Shown here: piece after piece, positions 23,546-24,000 of the stretch
How positions within the stretch are numbered: the stretch's first letter is position 1
How the letters are laid out: each line of letters opens with the position of its first letter
Source: Halorubrum virus HRTV-2
Direction: 5' to 3' (one strand)
Sequence record: MZ334517.1
DNA length: 24,000 bases
Notes under the pieces: generated by a model
Databases searched by the model: none
What the model saw: only the letters and a program-made list of their open reading frames with translations
Told to the model about the DNA's origin: nothing
Position numbers and translations under genes: made by a program

Positions 23546-24000
23546 CCCCCGGTGAAAGTCGGGGGGTTGAGGGGGGTCGGAAACGGCGAATTGACTGGGT
23601 AGAAGCCCCGAGACGGCAGAACAGGGGTCGGGATGTCGGGCGGCTAAACCGTCGGTACAAGCCCTGAAACCCCGAAATTCAGGGGGTCGTGAAATCCTGA
23701 AGCCGGGGGGTGATGGACGGCGGCGATGAAGTCACCCCCTGAAACCCCGGAGAACAGGAGCGGAGCGACTGGGGGAGGGGGTCGCCTCGGGGTCGCGCGG
23801 CGCGCGAAGGGCCATCGCGCAGGCTCGCGCGGCTACTGCGGGCGCACCCCCGAGCGCATTATGCGCGAGGGCGGGGCGCGCGGCGGCCCGGGGAGGCCCG
23901 GGCGGGGGAGGCGCGCGGGCATCGCGGGCGGGTGGGCGCACGCCCCGCCCGAAGGGCGGGGTTGGCACACGGGCGAGGGCGGGGGCGCGCGCGATTTGGT

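Noticed and set aside
1-24000. CRISPR array or rRNA genes
   Set aside because: No regularly spaced direct repeats with unique spacers and no recognisable rRNA core sequences were seen.
23780-24000. Very GC-rich right edge as a coding region
   Set aside because: Available frames are low-complexity Arg/Ala/Pro-rich; no credible start, promoter or domain.

Overview
High-GC window whose predicted proteins are strongly acidic, typical of haloarchaea. I read it as part of an extrachromosomal or integrative element (plasmid or virus), not ordinary chromosome. Supported content: a tyrosine recombinase (5378-6541 +) beside a probable attachment site matching the 3' half of a tRNA-Leu(GAG) gene (about 5273-5329 +); a complete tRNA-Gln(UUG) (1976-2048 -); a small ERCC4/XPF-type nuclease (4573-5058 +); a C2H2-type zinc-finger protein; a degenerate LAGLIDADG-like protein; a long leftward (minus-strand) gene series (20627 to 6538) including a 932-aa GHKL ATPase and a DUF932-like protein, otherwise mostly small acidic or Cys-rich unknowns; and a partial ORF off the left edge. 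The most interesting unexplained signal is a family of tRNA-like mini-elements of about 43-54 nt: an acceptor-like stem of 5-7 bp stacked on a T-arm-like hairpin with a 7-nt loop, but with the D and anticodon arms missing or reduced to a short linker that often contains TAA. All are on the minus strand and lie 25-149 nt upstream of start codons. The real tRNA-Gln occupies the same position before its gene. Many of the same genes share a start-proximal box (GGCGGGACACAACC...ATG) and a recurring AAAGAATTRA box, often palindromic. Other signals: mutually exclusive hairpins in the leader of the first minus-strand gene, a run of compact hairpins at 21540-21717, and a 31-bp palindrome at 21781-21811. 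All assignments come from reading the sequence; no database search or folding software was run.
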